IMG/VR virus record: IMGVR_UViG_3300009008_000008
Location: 108,048-128,047 of that record
DNA length: 20,000 bases
Strand: one strand, 5' to 3'
Source of the DNA: an uncultured virus (IMG/VR IMGVR_UViG_3300009008_000008)
Lineage: Duplodnaviria; Heunggongvirae; Uroviricota; Caudoviricetes
Positions 9,059-18,717 of the stretch are shown here, piece after piece. The notes under the pieces were generated by a model that was not told where the DNA came from, did not search any database, and saw nothing but the letters and a program-made list of their open reading frames with translations. The position numbers and the translations under genes were made by a program. How positions within the stretch are numbered: position 1 is the stretch's first letter; each line of letters begins with the position of its first letter.

Positions 9059-9453
9059 TGACCATATATTCTGACATGAACCAATATAAGTTTGGGCCGC
9101 AGATTAAGCCCATGCTTCATGACGTGGAGCCGGTTTACCAGTCTATTAATAATATTCTGGCGACTGATCCTGGCGAACGTCTCATGAATCCTGAGTTTGG
9201 ATCGCGTTTGCGCGACTTGTTAATGCAACCGATTGATGCCATTACTACGAGTGAAATCTATGCCGCTGTGGTTCAGGCAATCAAGCGTTGGGAGCCGAGG
9301 GTAATTTTAATTCATGCGAAGTCGAAGGTGGTGGCGTTCCCTGATGAAAATCGGTACGAGGTCCAACTCTATTTCAAAATCCGAGGCATTGAAGGCCAGG
9401 TGTTCGATTACATTGGGTCCGCAGTGAAGCTTGGGAAAACGGCGGTGTTTTAA
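9058..9453 (+). CDS. Baseplate wedge / sheath initiator, GPW/gp25 family
   Basis: VYQSINNILATDPGERLMNPEFGSRLRDLLMQP...AIKRWEPRV is the canonical gp25 motif. Preferred start is ATG 9058 (TAATG overlap, GGAG at 9046-9049) rather than TTG 9040. Confidence 0.93.
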   Translation: MTIYSDMNQYKFGPQIKPMLHDVEPVYQSINNILATDPGERLMNPEFGSRLRDLLMQPIDAITTSEIYAAVVQAIKRWEPRVILIHAKSKVVAFPDENRYEVQLYFKIRGIEGQVFDYIGSAVKLGKTAVF

Positions 9454-11328
9454 ATGGCTATCAAGATAATCGATCCCAAACAGGCGTCCTATGCGAAGGT
9501 CTTCGAAGACCTCCAGAAGAATGTTGAGGCGCGTGTTGACTTCAATAGCTGGAAAGATTTCTACGAAAGCGGTAGTGGTGTTACCGTCACCCAGTTGTTG
9601 GCAGGTCTCGGTTCCTTTTTGTCCTACAACTCTCTGGCTTCACGCCGTGAGAGCGGTCTTTACACAGCCAAACTCCGCAGCTCTCTTTACAGCCTTTGCG
9701 ATACTCTAGGTTATCCCCCAAACCGAAAACTCTCCGCTCAACTCCGCCTACAGATGACTATCAACCAACCTCAGTTCTGGGACCGTACGATCCCTCTCGG
9801 GGTTCTAGGTGGTGTTTCTTTGTCCTTGATCGATAGTCATCATTTTACAGGTGGTGACCACCTCATTAACGTGGTATGTGGAGAGTGGGAAACCTTTACT
9901 TATACATCTGACACCAACAGGGCGTTCGCTGAGATCCAGTTTCCTGACCTGGATATTGACGCGATTGATAACCGGTTTATCGAGCTCTACATCAACGGCG
10001 AAAAGATCGAGCTTACCCTGTACCCGGAAGAGATGACGGAACAGAACGTCCTACTCAAAACAATGGCGGATAGGCTGTCCTTGGTCTTTGGGTTCCAAAA
10101 TCTGGGTCGCCAGCTTCTTAAGGGAGATAACATAGAGCTCAAGTATATCAGGGTCCACGGGGTTCCAACAACGGGCTATAACTTACCGAATGCCCAGCTG
10201 GATATCGAGGGTGTGGTTGCTCATGACATGCAGTTGATTGAGAACCTCGCTGCCCCTGACCCAATGATTAAGCTGACGCGGGTAGCCAGTGGTTACTTTG
10301 CCTCCAAACGTCGGATGGTTTCACGTGAGGATCACGAGTTCCTTATCATGAGCTATGAGGGCATCATATCTGCCAAGGTTAATCCCGGTTGGTGTCAGAT
10401 CGAGGATGGTGAAGGGAACATCACCAACTATTACGAGAAATATTTCTCACCCAAGGAATGCCGTGAAGCAGGAGGTAATTGGAAACGCCCTTTTGAGTGT
10501 TGTACCATCGAGATCGCTTATCTATACATTGATGAGCACATTATGCTGGATACCGAAGAGGACCACATCTTAACCTATTTGGATGAGTTCCGGATGCAAG
10601 GCGAAGAGATCATTTTTCGGGACCCAGAAGTTGTATTGGTAGACGCACAGGTCGTGATTGTGATGCAAGAGGGTACGGATACTGCAGGGTTTGATGATTA
10701 CATGCGGGATGCCCTTGAGAAGCAGATGTTTATCCTAGGGGGTAAGTTTTCGACGGCGGAGATTGTAGCGGCAGGTAATATGTTGGATGGTGTTATCAGA
10801 ACTTATTTGACCAAACCTATCGCGGACCGTCAACTCCCCTTCTGGAAGTACTTCAAGCTGCGTACGGTAGCTGTGACCTACACGACTGACCAAGCAGAAG
10901 TGCTTGAGTTTGGTTCCTCTCCTGATAGTGGTTACCAGCAGGATTGTGTTTACGGGGCTCTTTGCTTACACATTGCCAAAGGTGGTGAGGGTAACACTGG
11001 TGAGTTTGAGATCTGGGTTGACGGCCAGTTGTGGCGTACAGAGACGACCGACGTTCCTTACAACTCTACTGGTGAATGGGACTTCCTGTCACTCGAGGAA
11101 CTCTACCTCAGTTCCAACATCAACCACCAGGTTATGATTAAACCAGTCAATGCTAACAGCCATATCTTGGTGAACAAGATTGTGTATGATGCTCGTGGGT
11201 ATGAGGCTAAGACTGACGGCGCGGTAGGCGCCACCCAAGGCGCCGCCCATAGTGGGGCTGTTGAGTTTGATTCTTACGTCAAACTCAACCAGCATGGAAC
11301 CCTGACGTTTAACGTGATGCCAGAGTGA
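9454..11328 (+). CDS. Baseplate wedge protein, T4 gp6 / baseplate-J-like, with extra C-terminal domain
   Basis: WKDFYESGSG...LLAGLG...RESGLYTAKLRSSLYSLCDTLGYPP and RRMVSREDHE correspond to gp6 motifs (ESF.RTA.LRSSV...A...GY.P; RAVT..DY). Follows gp25. Confidence 0.88.
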   Translation: MAIKIIDPKQASYAKVFEDLQKNVEARVDFNSWKDFYESGSGVTVTQLLAGLGSFLSYNSLASRRESGLYTAKLRSSLYSLCDTLGYPPNRKLSAQLRLQMTINQPQFWDRTIPLGVLGGVSLSLIDSHHFTGGDHLINVVCGEWETFTYTSDTNRAFAEIQFPDLDIDAIDNRFIELYINGEKIELTLYPEEMTEQNVLLKTMADRLSLVFGFQNLGRQLLKGDNIELKYIRVHGVPTTGYNLPNAQLDIEGVVAHDMQLIENLAAPDPMIKLTRVASGYFASKRRMVSREDHEFLIMSYEGIISAKVNPGWCQIEDGEGNITNYYEKYFSPKECREAGGNWKRPFECCTIEIAYLYIDEHIMLDTEEDHILTYLDEFRMQGEEIIFRDPEVVLVDAQVVIVMQEGTDTAGFDDYMRDALEKQMFILGGKFSTAEIVAAGNMLDGVIRTYLTKPIADRQLPFWKYFKLRTVAVTYTTDQAEVLEFGSSPDSGYQQDCVYGALCLHIAKGGEGNTGEFEIWVDGQLWRTETTDVPYNSTGEWDFLSLEELYLSSNINHQVMIKPVNANSHILVNKIVYDARGYEAKTDGAVGATQGAAHSGAVEFDSYVKLNQHGTLTFNVMPE

Positions 11329-11332
11329 CCTG

Positions 11333-14300
11333 ATGGTAACCAAAACTCCGCACTCGATGCGGATTTTTAACAAGTCAATTGCCAACGTAGAGGACTATTT
11401 TCCATACGAACTCCGCGGCGAACCCCTGTACCAAAAGGTTGCAGAGCTCTCCCAATGGATTGTCGAGGAGTTCCATGATAAAGACATCCGCAAGGTCCGT
11501 AACTTTTGGAACGCGGGCCATGAGGATTTCGATGCCTCTGCTGTCCTCAAGATGCTTGGTGGGGAGATCTACGACAAACATCTCTTTAATGAGACATCAA
11601 AGACGACCCTCACACACCTCATAAGCCGCCTTTACAACCTCAAGGGTACCTATAAGGGCCTTCGCTTGTTGCTGGGCTTGTTGGACCTTGACGGGACTGT
11701 GTACGAATGGTGGAAAATCAACCGTGACATTGAACGTCAACAAGGTGAGTGGGAAACCTGGATCGCCGACCCGTCTATCGGTGAAGACGGGATGGAACCC
11801 TGCACGGTTATCATTGATCTTGGTGTTGGTGACTGGGTTCTCGATGAAACCCTAGACGAACGCCTCGCACTCCTGATCCAGACCTTTTTGTGGGTATGCG
11901 TCAAGGTTGACGAGATTCGTTGGCTCAAGCCCATCATTGATCAGGTAGAGTCTAGTACCTTATTCAATTCTGAAATGGAGATTTATACCGCCGACCGGTA
12001 TAACGCTCTCCGCTTTTATTGCCCTAACGTTCCCATTGTTGGGATTGGTTGGGACACTCCCACTAAAGTCTATGATTGTCCAATTGTAGGTGAGTTCACC
12101 GTTCTCTCCATCACAGACCCAAATCGTGTGTTGGTATTGGCCGCCGACCACTATTACGAAGAAGAGTTACCTTTGTGGTACGGTATCGACCCAGATTGGG
12201 TATGGTATGTCGGTGAAGGCGGATACCTCATTCCGGGAGAGCATCGTGAATTTACCCTGACAGTCGGTGAATTTGTTGTTGGGGAAGGATACGACGTTAC
12301 TGTAGGGTTGGACTGGAGCCTACAGGTCCAACCGGATATTTGGGTTCCCGAATCCCCGGGAATCCAATACGTAGGTGAATGCCCTGGCTTTCCTGGGTTT
12401 CCAGTCGCTGGTTCCATTATTGAACGGATTGAACAAACTCACGAGGTGGAAACACCCTACCAGATTATTAATGAGTTTGTTGTTAGCCCAGAGAGGGTCG
12501 TTTCCGACCAGTATGTAGTCTGGGCGCCGTTACCCCTACCTTGGTCTGAGGAGTGCTGGCAATACGTAGGCACTTTTGATGTAGGTCCTGATGAGACGGT
12601 AGGTGTTAACTGGAGGCAGTATGAGTACTTCCCCTCAGGGATTCAGATTACCCACCAAGAGATTGGTCTGGCTGAGGATCATTTCATCAACGCCAGTATC
12701 CTGTCAGAGTTGGATTTTCCGACTATCATGGCTGTGGCTGAGGATTCAATCCCAGAAGATCTTGCCTACCAAGTGGATTGGGCGCAGTTTACAGGAGGTG
12801 ACTTGATCGCAGAGCGTTTCCTTGAGGTGGGGGACGCCGTTGCTAATCCAGTGGTGGGTGGTTTTAACGTCGGAGACTTTACCGAGGACTTCACAATCCT
12901 TGAGCGGCACTACAGCCGACAAAATGAGGATGGTACTTACTACTATCTAAACTGGTTGGAGATGCCCCTTCAAGAGGTAGAACTCTCCAATCGGGTGATC
13001 GTCTCGACCGACAATCTGGTAGGTCACTTCACAGTAGGTGCCTACGAAGTTGGATCCACCTTGATCGTTGGAGATTTCAAAGTAGGTGATTGGTCACACC
13101 ATGTCCTCCCAGCAGACGCCAATATATATGCCGCAATGGCGGACCTACAATCGCATACCGAACTAGGATTTGACAATGTTTCGCCAGACTTGAGACAGGA
13201 CCTTTTTGGTGACATTGAAACGTCCGCTGAAGAACTAGAGTCCGCGTTCCTGACATCGGTTGTCGGGGACTTTATTATTGGGGATGGAACACACCTTGCA
13301 GGGTACGGTTCACACCTTAGCCACATTGAGACAGTAGAAGGTGCGTTCTACGGTCCCTACTCTCGGTCGACTCCGAGTTGGACAGAAGCCAGCGGTGAAC
13401 ACCACCTGTACCGGGCTGGCGGCCAGCATACCATCGGATCCTTTGTTGTTGGTGGGGGGTACCAAGAACTTCTGCCGTGGTTCCAAGCTGATACTGAAAT
13501 TGATTGGGCGACCGTTATTCCGGTTGATGACCCCTACGAGGTGTTACTAGAAGAGCGGGCAGTTGATCATTGGTTGGACCTCGACAAGAATCGATTTGAC
13601 TTCTCTTATTTGGAGGACCTAGATCCTGTTCTAGTACGCGTAGGTGATCCGCTTGTCGGCGCTTTCGATGTCGGTCAAGTACTAGCTCGTCGTACTTCTG
13701 ACAAACATTGGTTTCACCACCATCATGACGTGGTTGAAGTTGGAGCCTTTCACGTAGGTGAGATTGATGTGGGACAGGTCCACGAACACAGGGACCTTGA
13801 GGGGCCGTGGCCTGTAGTCGGCGTCTCCCACCTCAGGCAACCGGAACAAGAGGTGGGCTTTGTTGGTCACTACTCTGCTAACCCAGAGGCCACTGTAGGC
13901 GCTTTCATTGTAGGGGCTCATGCGGTAGGAAGCCTTACGGTCGGGGACTTCATCGTTGGTAACTCTAACTACCACGTGTTGCCAGATTCCGTCCACTATG
14001 TTACCTCCAACCTGACTCTCTCCCAAGAGGTAGAATCTTTTGCCGGGACCATAGATTCAGATGATAGTTGGGGCCAACAACAGGTTGAAACAGAGATCTG
14101 GACAAACCTTCAACTAATCGTCGGGCAGTTTGTTGTTGGTGCCGAGGTTGTTCGTGGTTGGGGTTCTTCTCTGCATACGCTGGAAGATGAAGTCCTTGCT
14201 TCTGCTTATGATGTGTCCCAGCCCTACGTCGAAGCAGAAGCCCAGTCAGTTCCCAACCTGGTAGGTACCATCGTTATTGGGCAGTTCGTTGTCGGTCCTT

Positions 14301-17300
14301 CGATTAACCTTGAGTGGTTTGGCCACGATGAAGTAGACTCAATTACCACGAACGTGCCCAGTGATGACCTCCTGGGGTTTGCTCCTACCCTCGAGGACCT
14401 TGCAAGTGACCTTAGGGCTCAAGACCCCCTAAGGTTTGTCCTAGGTGCCCTCGAGGGATTGGTAAGCAGCGCCCCTGTTCAGGTGAATGACTTTGAGGTC
14501 GGTGGCTTTACAGTAGGCGAACAGTACCAAGGTACTACAGACGGGCATTTTTACAAGGAAGCCCTGGAATTTCCCTTGGTAGGGTCCTTTGATGTAGGGG
14601 CCACTGTTATCGAACCCTTCGTTCAAACTCGGTTGTATGGCCCACTATTAGTTGGGGAATTTGACGTTGGGTCCACTGAGATCGGCTCTGACGTTGAGGC
14701 CTCCCGTCTTTACGGTCCGACGGTTAATCCTGTCGCTATTGGTCATTTCCGTGTACCAGAACAGGAAGCTTATTTCGAGCAAAGGTTTAACCTGAGTCCT
14801 TCTTTGCTGGTCGGGGAGTTTACCGTAACGTCCCATGAGGTAGGGGGCTTAACAGTAGGGTCCTTCATTGTTGGAGGTGCCGACCATCATGTGATCGAAC
14901 ACCAGGACTTCATCTTTGACCTCACGGGTGTTGGTCTCCAAGAAGCCCTAACATCGACTGTTGAACTGGGAACCGACCAATTAGAGGTCGGAGACAGCCA
15001 GACTTCGATTGATACCCCTTACTCTGAAATCGTCGGAAAATTTGTCGTTGGCGCCGCCACTGTTAGCGGGATGGCGGACACTCTTGATAGTTCAACAACA
15101 GGTTCCTACTTTGAGAGTGCCTATGTTCCAACGTTTGACAACCAAGTGGATCCACATGAGTTCGTTCCTAATTATGTGGGGGCCTTCCTCGTCGGTGAGT
15201 TTACGGTAGGCTTCAAGACAGATTGGACCCGGTTATCAGAAGAAGTTGGGGTCGAAACGTCGGTATCTGCCACAGATGAATTGGATACCTTGTCGGCTGT
15301 TGAGACTTGGACGGATCCCTATAACTTGGACCCGATGCGTTTCGACTGGAGTGTTCTCGAAGACCCCGAAGTCGAACACCATCCTACTCTTGTTGGACAA
15401 TTTATAATAGGTGCCCATACCCTAGGAAATCTGCAAGAGCGTCACACCGCTACTGACGGGCATTGGGTAGGGGACGTTGCTCGCTTGGTCGAAGTTGGTG
15501 AGTTGCTTGTAGGAGCTTTTGACGTAGGACAATCTTTGGTTGTCCCTACTTTACATCCCGTTGGTTCTGACCCATTAGGTATCAGCCACTTACGGGCCCC
15601 TCACCAAGAACACTCGATGGTCGAAGAATTCCAGTTGAATGCTGGGGTTATCGTCGGTCGGTTTAACGTTGACTTGGTGGCTGTAGACGAATCGTTGGTT
15701 GTTGGGGCTTTCAACGTTAGTGGGGCAGAGGCTAACGTACTACCACACAAGAACTACATCACAGACCAAATAGGCGTCCAGGAAGTATCTAACATAGAAC
15801 AACCAGTTGGGGTTGGCCAAGAATTCGACCATCAATTGACGGTTGCTTATGAAGACAGCCAAATGGCGTTTGTCGGGTCCTTCCTTGTGGGAGAGGCCAA
15901 TATATTTGGTCACACATCGGTTCAAGAAGCGGTTATCGAGGAAGGGTTCAGCGACACTGTTACACCTCATGTCGTAGTGGTTGGTCCTCGATTAGTCGGT
16001 ACCTTTAACGTTGGTGCGGACTCGGACTGGGTGGGTGCTGACGTTCATGTGGTCTATGAAGAACCTATGACCTCAGATGATACGTTTAATGCCCTCCAGA
16101 GGTCCTACCTCGCGAGTTCCCTGGATGGACTACCCTTAGATCGTTTTGACTTCTCGGGCCTGCCTAACACCTCTCAGGCCCCTTTGCAGGTGAACGGATT
16201 TATTGTTGATGATGGAACGGTGGTTGGCCAGCAGTTAGCTCAAGCGTCAGACGGTCATTATACAAGGACCGAATTCCTGTCCGAGGGTATCCCACATCTT
16301 GAATCCACCGTTTATCCACTGCTGGTTGGCGATTTCACGGTTGGGGTAGCAGATGCCATAGGCGACCAGATTGCGGTTGATGAAGAGGTAGATAGTTATC
16401 AGTTCGAGAAAGTGCTAGAAGGGCCCGCTGGAGGTCTTCCAGGCGTGTCCCATCTGACGTTCGGGGACCAAGACGTTGCCTATCAAGAAACTTGTGATGT
16501 TAATCCACGTGCCACCGTTGGGTCTTTTGTGGTCGGCTCTAACTTGGTCGGTTCTTTGGTCGTTAATGAATTCCTGGTGGGTGCTGCCGACTACTATGTA
16601 ATGAGCGATGAGGATTGGACCGCCTCTGATCAGATCACTCACCTGGAACAAGGCGAAGCCTTCGATGACACCGCTCCTCCGATGGATTCTGCTTTTACCA
16701 CAGGAACGCAAGGTACCTCGGTTACAACTCCGGTGACCCAGACCGTAGGATCTTTCATCGTTGGACAGGACATCGTTCGAGGACATACCTGCCAGTTAGA
16801 CATTCACCAGGAATTGGGGGACGCGATCTTCCACGATGAATATAACACTTCAATATTGGTCGGAGACTATCCTGTCGGGGCTTTTGTTGTCGGGCACCAA
16901 AATACCGATTTTCTCTCTGACATAAGGCAAGCGGTTGGCTTTGACCAACAGGTGGCTTCTGATGACAACCACCATGTGATGGCCGAAACGTCTTTGGAAT
17001 CTACCCATGTAGGACTCCAGGAACTACCCCTACAGCTTTTGTCGGACCTACATACCATCGAGATCCCACAAATGGTTGGGCAGTTTGTTGTAGGTTCAGA
17101 ATCTATGGTGGGTGCCCAGCAAGTAACAGGAACATCTGACGGTCACCACATGGTGCCACGGCTGGAGGTTCTTGAAGTCGGGGCTTTTACAGTCGGTTTT
17201 GTGTTGGTAGGATCCTATGAAGTACACGAAGAGTTGGTGCGTCCCTCAGATATAGGGGCCTCTCACTTGTCTAGCCCTTACCAGGATGTTGAACTCTCAG

Positions 17301-18652
17301 ACACGGTCAAGGTTAACTGTCCATTGGTTGTGGGTAACTTTAATATCTTCAGCCTGCCTGTAAGTGAAGACCTGATAGTAGACCGGTTCTTTGTAGGTGC
17401 TGCCACACATTACATCCAAGAGGACAAACCCTATGTCACTGACTGGTCCCAAGCCCTGGTAGAAGATTTTGACGTGGCAGGAAACCCTATAGGTGCCGAG
17501 GTAGTGATCCTTGGGTATCGCGAGGCTACCATTGAAAACAACCTTTACGATAACTCAGGGGATGCTACGTCAGGGTTGGTTGAGAGCGTTTACATGGAAG
17601 GGCGTTTTGAATTTGACCTTCCCATGACTATCGAGGATCAAATCCTGGTAGATGATGATTACTTAGAGGAGATGTTGGTAGCCATCCAGGACCAGCAAAC
17701 CCTTTCGGATTCCTTGGACATTATCGAACTAGACGGTACTCGCACTACAACCTTGCCGGGTAACCAGATTCAGTCTGGGCATACCGATCAAGTGGTAACA
17801 GGCGCTTCCTTTGGTTTCGAGTCCACAGTGGCTATGGAGGAGGGACCCTACCCTGTTATAGGGACTTTCATTGTAGGGGATGGTACCGTAATATCAGGGG
17901 CTGAGAGTCGGCTGCAACTTGAGTATGAAGCCGACGATCTTATGTTCGCAGACCCATATGTTCTCGAAGTGTTGGTTGGTAACTGTGTTGTTGGAGCCTT
18001 TGAAGTCCAGCCCCATGACACCGACCACATTAATTTTGGAACGAATCAAGACTTGACCACTAACGTGAACCATGCCGACCAGGTAGGTGTACAAGAGTTG
18101 CTTGGGGTTCATAACGTGTTTGAGAAGCAAGTACAAACAGCGGACCTCCAAAGCATAGAACACCTGCTGGTAACCCAGAGGGTATACGAGGTTGGAGAGT
18201 TCGTAGTAGGTCTTGCTATTTCCGTAGGTCAAATGGTGCGAGTGGACCCGCGTACTTCAGATGGCCATTATGTTCAACCAACGTCTATGGTCCTTACCGT
18301 GGGCGAATTCATCGTAAACGAAAGGAGCGTAGGCGAAACTTGGACTGAAGACGTTTTGACGGGCCCACTTGATGTGTTGGGTGTGAGCCATGTAGTGGAA
18401 ACTGTTGATACAGGTCTGGTCTCTCTGTATGGTCAGACAGGCACTGTTGTTGGCGGTTTTATTGTGGATGTGACTGAGGTCGGATCTTCGTTGTTGGTTG
18501 ATGGGTTTGTTGTTGGGGCCTCCCCTACCTATGTGACAGCGGATCAGCCGGAAGGCTCCGATTTCGCAGGTGTAAAGATTGAGGAGTATGACGTGCAAGG
18601 TGCGCTCATATCAACTGAGTACAGAAATTTGAGTTTGGGCATCCCTGCCTAA
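11333..18652 (+). CDS. Giant baseplate wedge protein (gp7 / P2 gpI-like N-terminus) with long acidic repeat region
   Basis: LISRLYNLKGTYKGLRLLLGLL...VYEWW is the tail-protein-I/gp7-type motif and the gene follows gp6. The remaining ~2200 aa are rich in VGxFxVG repeats. Confidence 0.75.
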   Translation: MVTKTPHSMRIFNKSIANVEDYFPYELRGEPLYQKVAELSQWIVEEFHDKDIRKVRNFWNAGHEDFDASAVLKMLGGEIYDKHLFNETSKTTLTHLISRLYNLKGTYKGLRLLLGLLDLDGTVYEWWKINRDIERQQGEWETWIADPSIGEDGMEPCTVIIDLGVGDWVLDETLDERLALLIQTFLWVCVKVDEIRWLKPIIDQVESSTLFNSEMEIYTADRYNALRFYCPNVPIVGIGWDTPTKVYDCPIVGEFTVLSITDPNRVLVLAADHYYEEELPLWYGIDPDWVWYVGEGGYLIPGEHREFTLTVGEFVVGEGYDVTVGLDWSLQVQPDIWVPESPGIQYVGECPGFPGFPVAGSIIERIEQTHEVETPYQIINEFVVSPERVVSDQYVVWAPLPLPWSEECWQYVGTFDVGPDETVGVNWRQYEYFPSGIQITHQEIGLAEDHFINASILSELDFPTIMAVAEDSIPEDLAYQVDWAQFTGGDLIAERFLEVGDAVANPVVGGFNVGDFTEDFTILERHYSRQNEDGTYYYLNWLEMPLQEVELSNRVIVSTDNLVGHFTVGAYEVGSTLIVGDFKVGDWSHHVLPADANIYAAMADLQSHTELGFDNVSPDLRQDLFGDIETSAEELESAFLTSVVGDFIIGDGTHLAGYGSHLSHIETVEGAFYGPYSRSTPSWTEASGEHHLYRAGGQHTIGSFVVGGGYQELLPWFQADTEIDWATVIPVDDPYEVLLEERAVDHWLDLDKNRFDFSYLEDLDPVLVRVGDPLVGAFDVGQVLARRTSDKHWFHHHHDVVEVGAFHVGEIDVGQVHEHRDLEGPWPVVGVSHLRQPEQEVGFVGHYSANPEATVGAFIVGAHAVGSLTVGDFIVGNSNYHVLPDSVHYVTSNLTLSQEVESFAGTIDSDDSWGQQQVETEIWTNLQLIVGQFVVGAEVVRGWGSSLHTLEDEVLASAYDVSQPYVEAEAQSVPNLVGTIVIGQFVVGPSINLEWFGHDEVDSITTNVPSDDLLGFAPTLEDLASDLRAQDPLRFVLGALEGLVSSAPVQVNDFEVGGFTVGEQYQGTTDGHFYKEALEFPLVGSFDVGATVIEPFVQTRLYGPLLVGEFDVGSTEIGSDVEASRLYGPTVNPVAIGHFRVPEQEAYFEQRFNLSPSLLVGEFTVTSHEVGGLTVGSFIVGGADHHVIEHQDFIFDLTGVGLQEALTSTVELGTDQLEVGDSQTSIDTPYSEIVGKFVVGAATVSGMADTLDSSTTGSYFESAYVPTFDNQVDPHEFVPNYVGAFLVGEFTVGFKTDWTRLSEEVGVETSVSATDELDTLSAVETWTDPYNLDPMRFDWSVLEDPEVEHHPTLVGQFIIGAHTLGNLQERHTATDGHWVGDVARLVEVGELLVGAFDVGQSLVVPTLHPVGSDPLGISHLRAPHQEHSMVEEFQLNAGVIVGRFNVDLVAVDESLVVGAFNVSGAEANVLPHKNYITDQIGVQEVSNIEQPVGVGQEFDHQLTVAYEDSQMAFVGSFLVGEANIFGHTSVQEAVIEEGFSDTVTPHVVVVGPRLVGTFNVGADSDWVGADVHVVYEEPMTSDDTFNALQRSYLASSLDGLPLDRFDFSGLPNTSQAPLQVNGFIVDDGTVVGQQLAQASDGHYTRTEFLSEGIPHLESTVYPLLVGDFTVGVADAIGDQIAVDEEVDSYQFEKVLEGPAGGLPGVSHLTFGDQDVAYQETCDVNPRATVGSFVVGSNLVGSLVVNEFLVGAADYYVMSDEDWTASDQITHLEQGEAFDDTAPPMDSAFTTGTQGTSVTTPVTQTVGSFIVGQDIVRGHTCQLDIHQELGDAIFHDEYNTSILVGDYPVGAFVVGHQNTDFLSDIRQAVGFDQQVASDDNHHVMAETSLESTHVGLQELPLQLLSDLHTIEIPQMVGQFVVGSESMVGAQQVTGTSDGHHMVPRLEVLEVGAFTVGFVLVGSYEVHEELVRPSDIGASHLSSPYQDVELSDTVKVNCPLVVGNFNIFSLPVSEDLIVDRFFVGAATHYIQEDKPYVTDWSQALVEDFDVAGNPIGAEVVILGYREATIENNLYDNSGDATSGLVESVYMEGRFEFDLPMTIEDQILVDDDYLEEMLVAIQDQQTLSDSLDIIELDGTRTTTLPGNQIQSGHTDQVVTGASFGFESTVAMEEGPYPVIGTFIVGDGTVISGAESRLQLEYEADDLMFADPYVLEVLVGNCVVGAFEVQPHDTDHINFGTNQDLTTNVNHADQVGVQELLGVHNVFEKQVQTADLQSIEHLLVTQRVYEVGEFVVGLAISVGQMVRVDPRTSDGHYVQPTSMVLTVGEFIVNERSVGETWTEDVLTGPLDVLGVSHVVETVDTGLVSLYGQTGTVVGGFIVDVTEVGSSLLVDGFVVGASPTYVTADQPEGSDFAGVKIEEYDVQGALISTEYRNLSLGIPA
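12944..18649 (+). repeat. About six ~270-375 aa super-repeats plus a partial seventh
   Basis: Unit boundary motif (G[VIA]SH[LV]-like) at 13820, 14735, 15578, 16442, 17255 and 18380; [ST]D[GK]H at 13697, 14537, 15452, 16247, 17135 and 18257. Confidence 0.85.
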
Positions 18653-18654
18653 GT

Positions 18655-18670
18655 TAGGGATTTTTCCCTA
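18655..18670 (+). promoter_or_regulatory. Short hairpin just after the giant gene (taggga-tttt-tcccta)
   Basis: 6-bp perfect stem 3 nt after the stop codon. There is no immediate U-tract, so a terminator role is uncertain. Confidence 0.35.
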
Positions 18671-18717
18671 CGCTAATTTTACTCAACTGTGCTTTAGGGA
18701 TAACCTACGGACCAAAT

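Noticed and set aside
9445..9460. gp25 and gp6 in frame across TAA-ATG (possible fusion)
   Set aside because: TAA is an efficient stop and abutting stop/start is ordinary translational coupling, as at the TAATG/ATGA junctions elsewhere in the operon.
4402..11328. Bacterial T6SS or eCIS/tailocin locus
   Set aside because: T4-like gp6/gp53, a very long lysozyme-bearing tape measure and a fibritin-like gene fit a phage better, and no T6SS membrane complex or eCIS ATPase is seen. Capsid genes are outside the window, so this is not fully excluded.
18695..18704. TAGGGATAAC matches the first 10 nt of the I-SceI site
   Set aside because: The remaining bases do not match and no homing endonuclease is present; coincidence.
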